From Pseudomonas aeruginosa PAO1 (GTDB taxonomy: Bacteria > Pseudomonadota > Gammaproteobacteria > Pseudomonadales > Pseudomonadaceae): a stretch of 64,000 nucleotides of DNA. Of the stretch, positions 21,669 to 32,935 are shown one piece after another. The stretch is taken from the NCBI RefSeq assembly GCF_000006765.1, contig NC_002516.2; one strand, written 5' to 3'. The number at the start of each line of letters is the position of its first letter. The stretch's first letter is position 1. The position numbers and the translations under genes are program-made. The notes beneath the pieces were generated by a model. The model saw only the letters and a program-made list of their open reading frames with translations. It searched no databases and had not been told where the DNA came from.

Positions 21669-22547
21669 ATGAACGCATCCACCTCCCCGCTGCCCGCCAG
21701 CGACCAGACCCTGCGCGGCATCCTGCTGATCTGTGCCGCGGTGTTCCTGTTCGCCAGCCACGACGGGTTGTCCAAGTTCCTTTCCGGTTTCTACCCGATC
21801 GTCATGGTGGTCTGGGCCCGCTACCTGGTGCACACCCTGTTGATGGTCGCCGTGTTCGTGCCGCGCAACGGCCTCGCGGTGATCCGCAGCCGCCGTCCGC
21901 TCATGCAGTTGGCGCGGGCGCTGTGCCTGATCGGCACCAGCCTGTTCTTCACCACCGGCCTGCGCTACCTGCCCTTGGCCGAGGCGACCGCGGTGAACTT
22001 CCTGGCACCGCTGCTGGTGACCGCGTTATCCGTGCCGCTGCTGAAGGAGAAGGTCAGCCTCGGCCAATGGCTGGCGGTGCTCACCGGCTTCATCGGCGTG
22101 CTCTTCATCGTGCGTCCCGGTGGCGCGCTGTTCACCCCGGCGGCGTTGTTCCCGCTCGGCTCGGCGCTGTGCTTCGGGCTCTACCAACTGCTCACGCGGA
22201 TGCTCGCCAACAGCGACAGCCCGACCACCAGCAACTTCCTTGCCGGCATCTTCAACACGCTCATCATGAGCCTGCTGGTGCCGTTCTTCTGGCAGACTCC
22301 AAGTCTTCTCCACGGCCTGATGATGATCGCCCTGGGCGGTTGCGGCATGGGCGGCCACCTGCTGCTGACCCAGGCCTTCCGCCATGCGCCGCCGGCGACC
22401 CTGGCGCCGTTCAGCTATGGCCAGATCATCTTCGCCGGCCTGCTCGGCCTGCTGGTGTTCGGCCACGTGCCGGATGCCTGGGCGCTGCTCGGCATCCTCG
22501 TCATCTGCGCCAGCGGCCTGGTGGTCGCCTGGCGCCGTGGCCGCTGA
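21669..22547 (+). CDS. DMT/EamA transporter (PA0239-like)
   Basis: 10 TM segments, two EamA repeats (PLAEATAVNF, LAPFSY). Confidence 0.85.
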   Translation: MNASTSPLPASDQTLRGILLICAAVFLFASHDGLSKFLSGFYPIVMVVWARYLVHTLLMVAVFVPRNGLAVIRSRRPLMQLARALCLIGTSLFFTTGLRYLPLAEATAVNFLAPLLVTALSVPLLKEKVSLGQWLAVLTGFIGVLFIVRPGGALFTPAALFPLGSALCFGLYQLLTRMLANSDSPTTSNFLAGIFNTLIMSLLVPFFWQTPSLLHGLMMIALGGCGMGGHLLLTQAFRHAPPATLAPFSYGQIIFAGLLGLLVFGHVPDAWALLGILVICASGLVVAWRRGR

Positions 22548-22572
22548 ACGCAACGGGGTCGGCGCGTAGGCT

Positions 22573-23838
22573 TCACAACAGGCTCAGCGGATAGCTGACG
22601 ATCAGCCGGTTCTCGTCGAAGCGGGTATTGCTGCCCCAGTCGCGGCGCTGGCTGGAGTTGCGCCAGCGGACGTTGAGACGCTTGAAGGCGCCGCTCTGCA
22701 GCGTGTAGCCCAGCTCGCTCTCGCGTCCCCATTCGCTGCCGTCGTCGGTGACTCCGGCCAGGCGCACATGGTCGCCATGCAGGTAGCGGGTCATGAAGGT
22801 CAGGCCGGGTAGGCCGAGGCCAACGAAGTCGAAGTCGTAGCGCAGTTGCCAGGAGCGCTCGCCGGGATTGTCGTAGCTGGCGTTGTAGCTGTCGTTGGCC
22901 AGGGTTCCGCCGCTGGTGCCGTTGACCCGCATCCAGCCGTCGTCGCCACTGACCTTCTGCAGGCCGAGATAGAGGGTATGCAGCCCGTAGCGCGCGGAGA
23001 ACAGCGCGGAAACGGTGCGGTTATCGAGCTTGCCGGCGCGCGCGCTGCCAGCGTCGCGGCCACGGAATCCGCCGAGGTTGGCGCCCAGCAGCCAGTCGCC
23101 GAGCGGCTGGCTGTGTTGCAGTTGCAGGTACTGTTGGCGGTAGATGTCCTTCAGCTCGGCGTTCCACAGGCCGAGCAGGCTGCGTTCGCCATTGAAGCGA
23201 TATTCGCCGCCGGCGAAATCGAAGCGGTCGGAAGTGGCGGCTGGCCGGCCGAACAGCGACATGTCCTGCATGCTTGCGTCGTTGCGCGGGCTGTTGCCGC
23301 GGAACTGGCCGGCGTAGAGGGTCAGGCCGGCGATCTCGTTGGCGCTGAGCTGGCCGCCGCGGAAGGTCTGCGGCAGCGAGCGGCCATCGTCGGAGCGGAG
23401 GATCGGCAGCACCGGCATCCATTCGCCGATCTTCAGTTCGCTGTTCGAGACGCGCAGCTTGCCGGCCACCGCCAGGCGTCCGAAGTCGTCGGCCGGGCGG
23501 CCGTCGTCGTGGATCGGCAGCAGTTGGGTGCCGGCCGTTCCCTTGCCGCCATCCAGCTTCAGGCTGTAGAGACCAAGGACATCGAGGCCGAAGCCGACGC
23601 TGCCCTGGGTGAAGCCGGAGCGGGCGTCGAGGATGAAGCTCTGCGTCCACTCCTCGGCCTTGCCCTGGCTGGCATCGCCGACGAAGTTGCGGTGCAGGTG
23701 GAAATTGCGCGCGGTGAGGCTGGCCTTGGCGTCTTCGAGGAAACCTTGCCCGGCGTGGACGTGCCCGGCATGGACTGGCAGGCCGGCGCCCAGGCAGAGG
23801 GAAGCGCAGAGCGCGCGGACGTGGCTCGGGTGCGACAT
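22573..23838 (-). CDS. opdF: OprD/Occ-family porin (PA0240-like)
   Basis: Signal peptide, ARNFHLHRNF, SGFTQG, RSLPQTFRG, DENRLIVSYPLSLL OprD signatures. Confidence 0.85.
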   Translation of the reverse strand: MSHPSHVRALCASLCLGAGLPVHAGHVHAGQGFLEDAKASLTARNFHLHRNFVGDASQGKAEEWTQSFILDARSGFTQGSVGFGLDVLGLYSLKLDGGKGTAGTQLLPIHDDGRPADDFGRLAVAGKLRVSNSELKIGEWMPVLPILRSDDGRSLPQTFRGGQLSANEIAGLTLYAGQFRGNSPRNDASMQDMSLFGRPAATSDRFDFAGGEYRFNGERSLLGLWNAELKDIYRQQYLQLQHSQPLGDWLLGANLGGFRGRDAGSARAGKLDNRTVSALFSARYGLHTLYLGLQKVSGDDGWMRVNGTSGGTLANDSYNASYDNPGERSWQLRYDFDFVGLGLPGLTFMTRYLHGDHVRLAGVTDDGSEWGRESELGYTLQSGAFKRLNVRWRNSSQRRDWGSNTRFDENRLIVSYPLSLL

Positions 23839-23903
23839 GGGTGTGTCCCTTCGTTCTTGTTCTCTAGGCAGGGAGGTGCCCGGCGAGCGCCGGGCGCTTG
23901 GAC

Positions 23904-25229
23904 TCAGGCTTCGATCCGGCGCGGAGCCATGAAGTACAGCCAGGTCAGGGCGATGAAGTACATCGCCGGGATCATGGTGAAGAGCACCGCGTAGTTGTTG
24001 TTCGTCGCGGTCAGTACGCCGCCGACGATCTGGGTCATGAACATCCCGCCCAGCGCCGCGCACATGCCGCCGAAGCCGAACACCGTGCTCATCAGGTGCT
24101 TGGGCGTGTAGTCCATCACCAGGCTCCAGATGTTCGCCGTCCACGCCTGGTGCGCGCCGACCGCCAGGGCGATGGCCAGCACGGCGATCCACAGGCCGCT
24201 GGCGTTGGCGGCGAACACCACGCCGACGATGGTGCAGGCGAACAGCAGCATCGATAGCAGGCGCGCGCGGATCGCCGGCATGCCGCGGCCGATCAGCCAG
24301 GACGAAAGGATGCCGCCGCCGACGCTGCCGAAGTCGGCGGTCAACCAGATCAGGATCAGCGGGATGCCCATCTGCGTCACGCTGATGCCCAGGCCGTACT
24401 GCTGGTTGAGGAACGGCGGCAGCCAGTAGAGGTAGAACCAGAACACCGGCGCGGTGATCGAGTAGGCCAGGGCGAAGGCCCAGGTGCCGCGGCGGCGGAG
24501 AATCTGCGAGAAGGGCACGCGGGTGGCGGGCGGCTCCTCCTGCTGCTGGATGTATTCCAGCTCGCTCTGCTTCACCCGCGGATGCTCCTCGGGGTTGTAG
24601 TAGTTGCGCCACCAGAACACCAGCCAGACCAGGCCCAGCGCCGACATGCAGAGGAACGCCGCCTGCCAGCCCCAGACGCCGAGGATCAGCGGCAACAGGG
24701 CCGGGGTGACCATCGCGCCGACATTGGTGCCGGCGTTGAAGATGCCGGTGGCCACCGCCCGTTCCCCGGCGGGGAACCACAGGCGGGTGGTCTTCACGCA
24801 GGCCGGGTAGTTGGCCGCCTCGGTCAGGCCGAGGATGAAGCGACAGACCATGAAGCCCGCCGCCGAGGTCGCCAGGCCGTGGGCGCCGGTGGCCAGGCTC
24901 CAGAGCAACACGGCGAGGAAGAACGCGCGCTTGACCCCGACCTTGTCGATGAAGCGGCCCTGGAGGATGAAGCCGATGGCGTAGCCGACCTGGAACCAGA
25001 AGTTGATGTTGGCGTAGTCCATTGCCGTCCAGCTCATCTTCTCGGCAAGGATCGGCTGCATCACGCCGAGGGCGGCGCGATCGATGTAGTTCAGGGTGGT
25101 GGCGAAGAACACCAGGGCGAGCATGCCCCAGCGCGTCCGGCCGACGGCGAAGGCGTTGCGGATCCTGCCGCCGCGGGATTCCCGCGGGGCGTCGGCGGCG
25201 AGCAGTCGAGAGCTGGAAGAGTGGATCAT
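23904..25229 (-). CDS. MFS anion:cation symporter (ExuT-like) (PA0241-like)
   Basis: LNYIDRAALG, EAANYP, WFPAGERA motifs. Confidence 0.87.
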   Translation of the reverse strand: MIHSSSSRLLAADAPRESRGGRIRNAFAVGRTRWGMLALVFFATTLNYIDRAALGVMQPILAEKMSWTAMDYANINFWFQVGYAIGFILQGRFIDKVGVKRAFFLAVLLWSLATGAHGLATSAAGFMVCRFILGLTEAANYPACVKTTRLWFPAGERAVATGIFNAGTNVGAMVTPALLPLILGVWGWQAAFLCMSALGLVWLVFWWRNYYNPEEHPRVKQSELEYIQQQEEPPATRVPFSQILRRRGTWAFALAYSITAPVFWFYLYWLPPFLNQQYGLGISVTQMGIPLILIWLTADFGSVGGGILSSWLIGRGMPAIRARLLSMLLFACTIVGVVFAANASGLWIAVLAIALAVGAHQAWTANIWSLVMDYTPKHLMSTVFGFGGMCAALGGMFMTQIVGGVLTATNNNYAVLFTMIPAMYFIALTWLYFMAPRRIEA

Positions 25230-25544
25230 TGACGGGGCCATCCTTTCGGCGGCCGGTGCCTGGGCGCCCGGCCTGGATTTGTCGTTCTGGGTTGCACGCG
25301 GGCGGGCCAGGGGCCGCGCCGGTGTCAGCGGGCCAGGGGCGGTCGGGCCGGACGAGCGGCCAGCGGACGGGATGGAGGGCGGACGGAGAGGTCGGCGATG
25401 GACATGAGCGGGTACCCGATTCTTGAAATTGTTATGTCGCGTGGGTTGCGCAGGTGCCCGGAAAGAAGCGCGGAGCGCTTCCGGCAGATCGGGACGGCCT
25501 GCACGGGTGGCAGCGATGGTGCGCGATTGGTCGAAAAAGCGTCA

Positions 25545-25578
25545 ATTCGATAATCGTGCTTCCGTTCGATATTCGAAC
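25545..25578. promoter_or_regulatory. Tandem PcaR-type operator between MFS and quiC1
   Basis: ATTCGATAATCGTGC-4 nt-GTTCGATATTCGAAC. Confidence 0.68.
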
Positions 25579-25583
25579 GGAAT

Positions 25584-25604
25584 ACTAACCAGTTCGTACA
25601 TTTT
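25584..25604. promoter_or_regulatory. Candidate TetR operator (copy 1)
   Basis: Minus strand AAAATGTACGAACTGGTTAGT; near-identical copy at 29816-29836. Confidence 0.55.
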
Positions 25605-25774
25605 GCGTTGCCCGGCAGTTGGCGCAAACCAATAATCGGCTTGCCGGGCGAGCGGTCTCAGCGACCCGAAGTGGCTTCCCGGCGCATCCCGCGCGGGCTA
25701 TCCGCGCCTCCGCCGTTCCGCCGCCGGCCCTCGCGCGGCGCCAGGCGCCGTAGGGCGCATTGAGGAGTCGAAGC

Positions 25775-27679
25775 ATGCAGCGTTCGATCGCCACCGTATC
25801 CCTGAGCGGCACCCTGCCGGAAAAGCTCGAGGCCATCGCCGCCGCCGGTTTCGACGGGGTGGAAATCTTCGAGAACGACCTGCTTCATTACGACGGCAGC
25901 CCGCGCGACGTACGCCGGCTGTGTGCCGACCTGGGCCTGGAGATCCTGCTGTTCCAGCCGTTCCGCGACTTCGAGGGCTGCCGCCGGGAACGCCTGGGGC
26001 GAAATCTGGAGCGCGCCGAACGCAAGTTCGACCTGATGCAGGAACTCGGCACCGACCTGGTGCTGGTGTGCAGCAACGTCGCTGCCGATGCCCTCGGCGA
26101 ACCGGCGCTGCTGGCCGATGACCTCCGGCAGCTGGCCGAGCGCGCCGCCGTCCGCGGCCTGCGCATCGGCTACGAGGCGCTGGCCTGGGGGCGCCAGGTG
26201 AACACCTGGGAGCAGGCCTGGGACCTGGTGCGGCGGGCCGACCAGGCGAACCTCGGGCTGATCCTCGACAGCTTCCACACCCTCTCGCTGGACGGCGATC
26301 CCCGCGGCATCGCCGATCTTCCGGGGGAAAAGATCTTCTTCGTGCAGATGGCCGACGCGCCCTTGCTGGCAATGGACGTGCTGGAATGGAGCCGGCACTT
26401 CCGCTGCTTCCCGGGTCAGGGCGGCTTCGACCTGGCAGGCTTCCTCGCGCCGGTCGTCGCGTCCGGCTATCGCGGTCCGCTGTCGCTGGAGGTCTTCAAC
26501 GACGGCTTCCGCGCCGCGCCGACCCGCGCCAACGCCGTCGACGGCCTGCGCTCGCTGCTCTACCTCGAGGAGAAGACCCGCGAGCACCTGCAACGCCAGA
26601 CGCCGCACGTGGCGGTGGACGAGCTGTTCGCGCCGCCGCCGGCGAGCCTCTGCGACGGCATCGAGTTCCTCGAGTTCGCCGTCGACGAGACGCTCGGCGC
26701 GCGCCTTGGCCAGTGGTTGCAGCGACTGGGCTTCGCCAGGGCCGGCGAGCACCGTTCGAAGAATGTCAGCCTGTTGCGCCAGGGCGACATCAACCTGGTA
26801 CTGAACGCCGAGCCCTATTCCTTCGCCCACGGTTTCTTCGAGGCCCACGGACCGTCCTTGTGCGCCACCGCGCTGTGCGTGCGTGACGCCGGCCAGGCGC
26901 TGGAGCGCGCTCGTGCGTACGGAGGCCAGCCGTACCGCGGACTGCTCGGCCCCAACGAGCGGGAAATCCCGGCGGTGCGCGCCCTCGACGGCAGCCTGCT
27001 GTATCTGGTCGAGCGGCACACCGAGGGCCGCAGCATCTACGACAGCGACTTCGTGACGAACGACGCCGACACCTCCGGCCTCGGCCTGCGGCGCGTCGAC
27101 CACGTGGCCCTGGCGCTGCCCGCCGAAGGCCTGGACAGCTGGGTGCTGTTCTACAAGAGCCTGTTCGACTTCGGCGCCGATGACGAGGTGGTGCTGCCCG
27201 ACCCCTATGGCCTGGTCACCAGTCGCGCCGTGCGTAGCCCCTGCGGCAGCGTGCGCCTGCCGCTGAACATTTCCGAGGACCGCAACACCGCCATCGCCCG
27301 TTCGCTGTCCAGCTATCGCGGTTCCGGCGTGCACCACATCGCCTTCGATTGCGCCGACATCTTCGCCGCCGTGGCCCAGGCCAAGGAGGCCGGGGTCGCA
27401 CTGCTGGAAATCCCGCTGAACTATTACGACGACCTCGCCGCGCGCTTCGACTTCGACGACGAGTTCCTCAGCGAACTGGCCTACTACAACGTCCTCTACG
27501 ACCGCGACGCCCAGGGCGGCGAGCTGTTCCATGTGTTCACCGAGCCGTTCGAGGAGCGCTTCTTCTTCGAGATCCTCCAGCGCCGCCACGGCTACGCCGG
27601 CTACGGCGCGGCCAACGTGCCGGTGCGCCTGGCGGCGATGGCGCAAGCGCGGCGGGGTGTGCGCCGGGTCAAGCTGTGA
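25775..27679 (+). CDS. quiC1: 3-dehydroshikimate dehydratase, TIM barrel fused to HPPD-like domain
   Basis: GAGGAG RBS; SIATVSLSG, YEALAWG, HFRCFPGQG; C-terminal VDHVAL/HHIAF HPPD-like half. Confidence 0.9.
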   Translation: MQRSIATVSLSGTLPEKLEAIAAAGFDGVEIFENDLLHYDGSPRDVRRLCADLGLEILLFQPFRDFEGCRRERLGRNLERAERKFDLMQELGTDLVLVCSNVAADALGEPALLADDLRQLAERAAVRGLRIGYEALAWGRQVNTWEQAWDLVRRADQANLGLILDSFHTLSLDGDPRGIADLPGEKIFFVQMADAPLLAMDVLEWSRHFRCFPGQGGFDLAGFLAPVVASGYRGPLSLEVFNDGFRAAPTRANAVDGLRSLLYLEEKTREHLQRQTPHVAVDELFAPPPASLCDGIEFLEFAVDETLGARLGQWLQRLGFARAGEHRSKNVSLLRQGDINLVLNAEPYSFAHGFFEAHGPSLCATALCVRDAGQALERARAYGGQPYRGLLGPNEREIPAVRALDGSLLYLVERHTEGRSIYDSDFVTNDADTSGLGLRRVDHVALALPAEGLDSWVLFYKSLFDFGADDEVVLPDPYGLVTSRAVRSPCGSVRLPLNISEDRNTAIARSLSSYRGSGVHHIAFDCADIFAAVAQAKEAGVALLEIPLNYYDDLAARFDFDDEFLSELAYYNVLYDRDAQGGELFHVFTEPFEERFFFEILQRRHGYAGYGAANVPVRLAAMAQARRGVRRVKL

Positions 27680-27771
27680 GAATTGTCGGGGCTCCGGCAG
27701 GTGCTCTTCCTACAGCCGGGCGGGCCCCGCATAATCGGCCGCAATTCCCGCCGGCCACGAGTGAGTCACCG

Positions 27772-28440
27772 ATGTCCAAGCCTGATCCCGCCGTCGTGGA
27801 GGAATCCGCTCCGCGCGGCAAGGGACGCAAGAACAATCCCGAGAAGACCCGCCAGGACATCCTCCGCGCCGCCATCGACGAGTTCGTCGCCCAGGGCCTC
27901 TCGGGTGCGCGGGTGGACGCCATCGCCGAGCGCACGCATACCTCGAAGCGGATGATCTATTACTACTTCGGCAGCAAGGAGCAGCTCTACCAGGCCGTGC
28001 TGGAGAAGCTCTACAGCGACATCCGCGGTATCGAGGGCACCCTGCGGCTGGGCGCGCTGCCGCCGGCCAAGGCGATGGAGAAGCTGGTGGAGTTCAGCTT
28101 CGACTACCACGACCGGCACGTGGATTTCGTGCGCATCATCAGCATCGAGAACATCCACAAGGGCGAGCACATCGCCAGCAGCGAACTGGTGCAGAGCGTC
28201 AACAGCTCGATCGTCCAGAGCATCGCCGAGATTCTCCGCCGCGGCGAAGCGGAAGGGGTGTTCCGCGCCGGGCTGGAGGCGCTCGACGTGCACATGCTGA
28301 TCAGTTCGTTCTGCTTCTACCGGGTGTCCAATCGCTACACCGTGTCGCGGATCTTTCGCACCGACCTGCACGACGCCGAGGTTCGCCAGCGGCACCGGCG
28401 GATGATTGGCGAGGCGGTATTGCGCTACATCCGTGCCTGA
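27772..28440 (+). CDS. TetR-family regulator (PA0243-like)
   Basis: GARVDAIAE...MIYYYFGSKEQLY HTH. Confidence 0.9.
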   Translation: MSKPDPAVVEESAPRGKGRKNNPEKTRQDILRAAIDEFVAQGLSGARVDAIAERTHTSKRMIYYYFGSKEQLYQAVLEKLYSDIRGIEGTLRLGALPPAKAMEKLVEFSFDYHDRHVDFVRIISIENIHKGEHIASSELVQSVNSSIVQSIAEILRRGEAEGVFRAGLEALDVHMLISSFCFYRVSNRYTVSRIFRTDLHDAEVRQRHRRMIGEAVLRYIRA

Positions 28441-28479
28441 CTCCGGTCCCCTCTCCCCTTGGTGGGAGAGGGGCGCCAC

Positions 28480-29334
28480 TCAGTCGCCCAGGCTGGCGAA
28501 GTGCGCCTGCATGCGCGCGGCGTCGGCCGTCACCCCGCTGAACAGTTCGAATGCCTTCACCGCCTGGAACACCGCCATGGTGCCGCCGTCCAGTGTGCGG
28601 CAGCCGAGGGCGCGGGCCTGGCGCAGCAGCTCGGTTTCCAGCGGAAAGTAGATCACCTCGGCGACCCACAGGTCGGCGCGCAACAGTTCCGCCGGCACCG
28701 GCATGCCGGGTAGCTTGGCCATGCCCACCGGGGTGGTGTTGACCAATCCCTGGGCGTCGCCCAGGGCGCCGGCCAGGTCGCTGCCGGCGAGCGCTCGTGG
28801 CGCGCCGAAGTGCTGGTTGAGGTTGTCCGCGAGGGCCTGGGCCCGCGCCGGGTCGACGTCGAACAGGACCAGCCGCTCGACGCCCTCGGCGAGCAGCGCA
28901 TGGGCCACTGCCGCGCCGGCGCCGCCCGCGCCCATCTGCACCACGCGCTGGCGCGGCGCGTCGGCCAGGCCGCGCCGAAAGCCCTCGGCGAAGCCCAGGC
29001 AGTCGGTGTTGTGGCCGATGCGCCGGCCATCGCGCAGCACCACGGTGTTCACCGCGCCGATGCCGCGTGCCTCGGCGGAGAGGTCGTCGAGCAGGGGGAT
29101 GATCGCCTGCTTGCAGGGGAAGGTGACGTTCAGCCCGGTGAAGCCGAGGTCGCTGGCGGCGGCGAGCAGGAACTCCAGGTCGTCCGCCGACTTGCCCAGC
29201 GGGTCGAGATCGATCAGCCGGTACAGATAGCGGATGCCCTGGGCGTCGCCCTCGCGCTCGTGCAGGGCAGGGGTCCGCGACGCCTGGATGCCGGCACCGA
29301 TCAGGCCGGCGAGAACCGATCGCGGCGCGCTCAT
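28480..29334 (-). CDS. Shikimate/quinate dehydrogenase (AroE/YdiB family) (PA0244-like)
   Basis: [27 protein letters not shown]; ATGA overlap with aroQ2. Confidence 0.9.
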   Translation of the reverse strand: MSAPRSVLAGLIGAGIQASRTPALHEREGDAQGIRYLYRLIDLDPLGKSADDLEFLLAAASDLGFTGLNVTFPCKQAIIPLLDDLSAEARGIGAVNTVVLRDGRRIGHNTDCLGFAEGFRRGLADAPRQRVVQMGAGGAGAAVAHALLAEGVERLVLFDVDPARAQALADNLNQHFGAPRALAGSDLAGALGDAQGLVNTTPVGMAKLPGMPVPAELLRADLWVAEVIYFPLETELLRQARALGCRTLDGGTMAVFQAVKAFELFSGVTADAARMQAHFASLGD

Positions 29335-29777
29335 GCGGCCGCCTCGAAACGCTCGGCGAAATGTTCCAGGGCCAGGCGGTAGCCGAGGCTGCCGAATCCG
29401 CAGATCACTCCCAGCGCCACCGGCGAGACGTAGGAGTGGTGGCGGAACGCTTCGCGCTGGTGGACGTTGGACAGGTGCACTTCGACCACCGGCAGTTCCA
29501 CCGCGGCCAGGGCGTCGCGCAGCGCCACCGAGGTGTGGGTCCAGGCGGCGGGGTTGATGACGATGCCGGCGACCCGGCCGCGGGCCTGGTGGATCCAGTC
29601 GAGCAGTTGGCCTTCCTGGTTGGTCTGGCGGAAGTCCACGGCGAAGCCGCGCGTCTCGGCGAAGGCCGCGCATTCGTCGGCGATTTCGCCCAGGGTCCGC
29701 CGGCCGTAGGTCTGTGGCTCGCGGGTGCCGAGCAGATTCAGGTTGGGGCCGTTCAGGACCAGTACCGTGCGCGTCAT
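29331..29777 (-). CDS. aroQ2: Type II 3-dehydroquinate dehydratase
   Basis: [34 protein letters not shown]. Confidence 0.93.
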   Translation of the reverse strand: MTRTVLVLNGPNLNLLGTREPQTYGRRTLGEIADECAAFAETRGFAVDFRQTNQEGQLLDWIHQARGRVAGIVINPAAWTHTSVALRDALAAVELPVVEVHLSNVHQREAFRHHSYVSPVALGVICGFGSLGYRLALEHFAERFEAAA

Positions 29778-29815
29778 GGCGCAGCCTCCACAGCAATGAT
29801 GTCATCGATGCCGGG

Positions 29816-29836
29816 AAAATGTACCGAACGGTTACT
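29816..29836. promoter_or_regulatory. Candidate TetR operator (copy 2)
   Basis: AAAATGTACCGAACGGTTACT, about 40 bp upstream of aroQ2. Confidence 0.55.
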
Positions 29837-29873
29837 TTTGTAAACCGGACGCCGTCGCCGACGGGACGAAAGC

Positions 29874-29888
29874 GTTCGATTATCGGCG
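29874..29888. promoter_or_regulatory. Single PcaR-type box upstream of aroQ2
   Basis: GTTCGATTATCGGCG. Confidence 0.45.
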
Positions 29889-29893
29889 TCCGC

Positions 29894-31399
29894 TCACTCG
29901 CCTGCCGTCGGTTGCGTCGCGCCGCGGCCGCGCAGGGTCATGTCGGGCAGTGCCGAGGCCACCGCCAGGCCGAGCAGCGCCACCGCCGCGTTGACCAGGA
30001 AGAGCACCTTGAAGGCATCCGCGAGGACATGCTGGAGGATCACCCGGGCCGGCCCGCTGGCGGCGTCCAGGCTGCTCAGCAGGGCGCTCTCGGAAAAGCC
30101 CTGGTCGAGCCCGCCGCCGATCCGCAGGTGCTTGAGCAGGGCCAGCAGGATCGCCGACATCAGCGCCACCCCGACTGCCCCGCCGAGGGAGCGGAACAAC
30201 GTCGCGTTGCTGGTGGCGACGCCGATGTGGCGTTGCTCCACGGCGTTCTGCGCGGCCACCAGGCTGGTCGGGAACTGGGTACCGATGGCGATCCCGGTGA
30301 GCAGCATGCACAGCCCGGACAGCCAGTGGTCGCCGACCGGGACCAGGGCCAGGCCGGCGATGCCGCAGGGCAACAGGACGGCGCCGAGCAGGATCAGCGG
30401 CTTGTAGCGTCCCAGGCTGGCGGTCAGCCGCCCGCAGCAGTACGCGCCCAGCGGCAGGCCCATGACCAGCGGCAGCAGATGCAGCGCGGCGCTGTCGGCG
30501 CCGGCGCCGGTAACGCTCTGGTAGCGCAGCGGTACCAGCACGGTCAGCGAGATGGCCTGGAAGCTGGCGAAGAACGCAACCAGCCAACTGAGGGTGGCGG
30601 CGCGGACGGCGAACAGTTGCATCGGCACCAGCGGTTCGCGGAAGCGCCGCTCCTGGGCGACGAACAGCAGCAGGGCGAGCGCCGCCAGGGCGAACAGGCC
30701 GAGCAGCGCAGGGTCGCTCCAGGCTGCGCCCTGGCCGATCTGGGTGATGGCCAGGAGCAGCGCGGTGAGGCCCACCACCATCAGCACGATGCCCAGGTAG
30801 TCGATCACCGGTTGCCGGCGCGGCACCGGCAGGCCGACCAGGGTTCGCCGCGAGATGGCCAGCGCGAGAAGGCCGATCGGCAGGTTGATCCAGAATACCC
30901 AGTGCCACGACAGGTACTCGGTGAGCAGGCCCCCGAGCACCGGGCCGGCGACGCTGGCGATGGCGTACATGCTGCTGAAGTAACCCTGGTAGCGGCCGCG
31001 CTCGCGCGGCGGGACGATGTCGCCGATGATCGCCTGGCTCACCGCCATCAGCCCGCCCGCGCCGATCCCCTGCAGCACTCGCGCCAGCACAAGTTGGCCC
31101 ATGCTCTGCGCGAGCCCGCAAAGCAGCGAGGCGGCGGTGAACACGACGATGGCGAAGAGCATCAGACGGCGGCGGCCGTAGAGGTCGCCGAGCTTGCCGT
31201 AGATCGGCATCGATACGGTCATCGCCACCATGTAGGCCGAGATCACCCAGGCCAGCAGGTCGAGGTCGGCGTAGTCGGCCGAGATCGCCGGCAGGGAGAC
31301 GGCGACGATGGTCTGGTCGAGGGCGCTGAGGAAGATCGACAGCATCAGGCCGGCGAGGACGGTACGGACGGCGGGCGGGTTCTGGGCGAGATCGGACAA
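29894..31399 (-). CDS. DHA2 (14-TM) MFS efflux transporter (PA0246-like)
   Basis: Probable TTG start after AGGTG; ALDQTIV, GKLGDLYGRR, WVFWINLPIG. Confidence 0.82.
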   Translation of the reverse strand: MSDLAQNPPAVRTVLAGLMLSIFLSALDQTIVAVSLPAISADYADLDLLAWVISAYMVAMTVSMPIYGKLGDLYGRRRLMLFAIVVFTAASLLCGLAQSMGQLVLARVLQGIGAGGLMAVSQAIIGDIVPPRERGRYQGYFSSMYAIASVAGPVLGGLLTEYLSWHWVFWINLPIGLLALAISRRTLVGLPVPRRQPVIDYLGIVLMVVGLTALLLAITQIGQGAAWSDPALLGLFALAALALLLFVAQERRFREPLVPMQLFAVRAATLSWLVAFFASFQAISLTVLVPLRYQSVTGAGADSAALHLLPLVMGLPLGAYCCGRLTASLGRYKPLILLGAVLLPCGIAGLALVPVGDHWLSGLCMLLTGIAIGTQFPTSLVAAQNAVEQRHIGVATSNATLFRSLGGAVGVALMSAILLALLKHLRIGGGLDQGFSESALLSSLDAASGPARVILQHVLADAFKVLFLVNAAVALLGLAVASALPDMTLRGRGATQPTAGE

Positions 31400-31573
31400 G
31401 ACGGCACCTGGGGCGGACGGAACGCGAAGGCAGCGGGCATCATACTGCGCCTGGGGTAGGACAGGTGCCGCGGAGAATCGATCCGTGGGCCGTCTTTCGT
31501 CGATATTCGCCTGCGCCAACGTTGCGTCCCGCCTTGGGAAAGGTGCCCCGGCGTTGCGCCGGGGTGGCGCGGC

Positions 31574-32854
<1,281 letters not shown>

Positions 32855-32935
32855 CTATAGAAGGCAAATTGCCGATCTATTTCTGGACGTTTATAAACTC
32901 TGTTCGGCAATCGGCCATTTCGCTCGGAGGGCTCG

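Noticed and set aside
22573-24780. 735-aa MFS-porin fusion suggested by the ORF track
   Set aside because: The upstream part is an alternative frame of the MFS gene; the porin has its own RBS, ATG (23838) and signal peptide.
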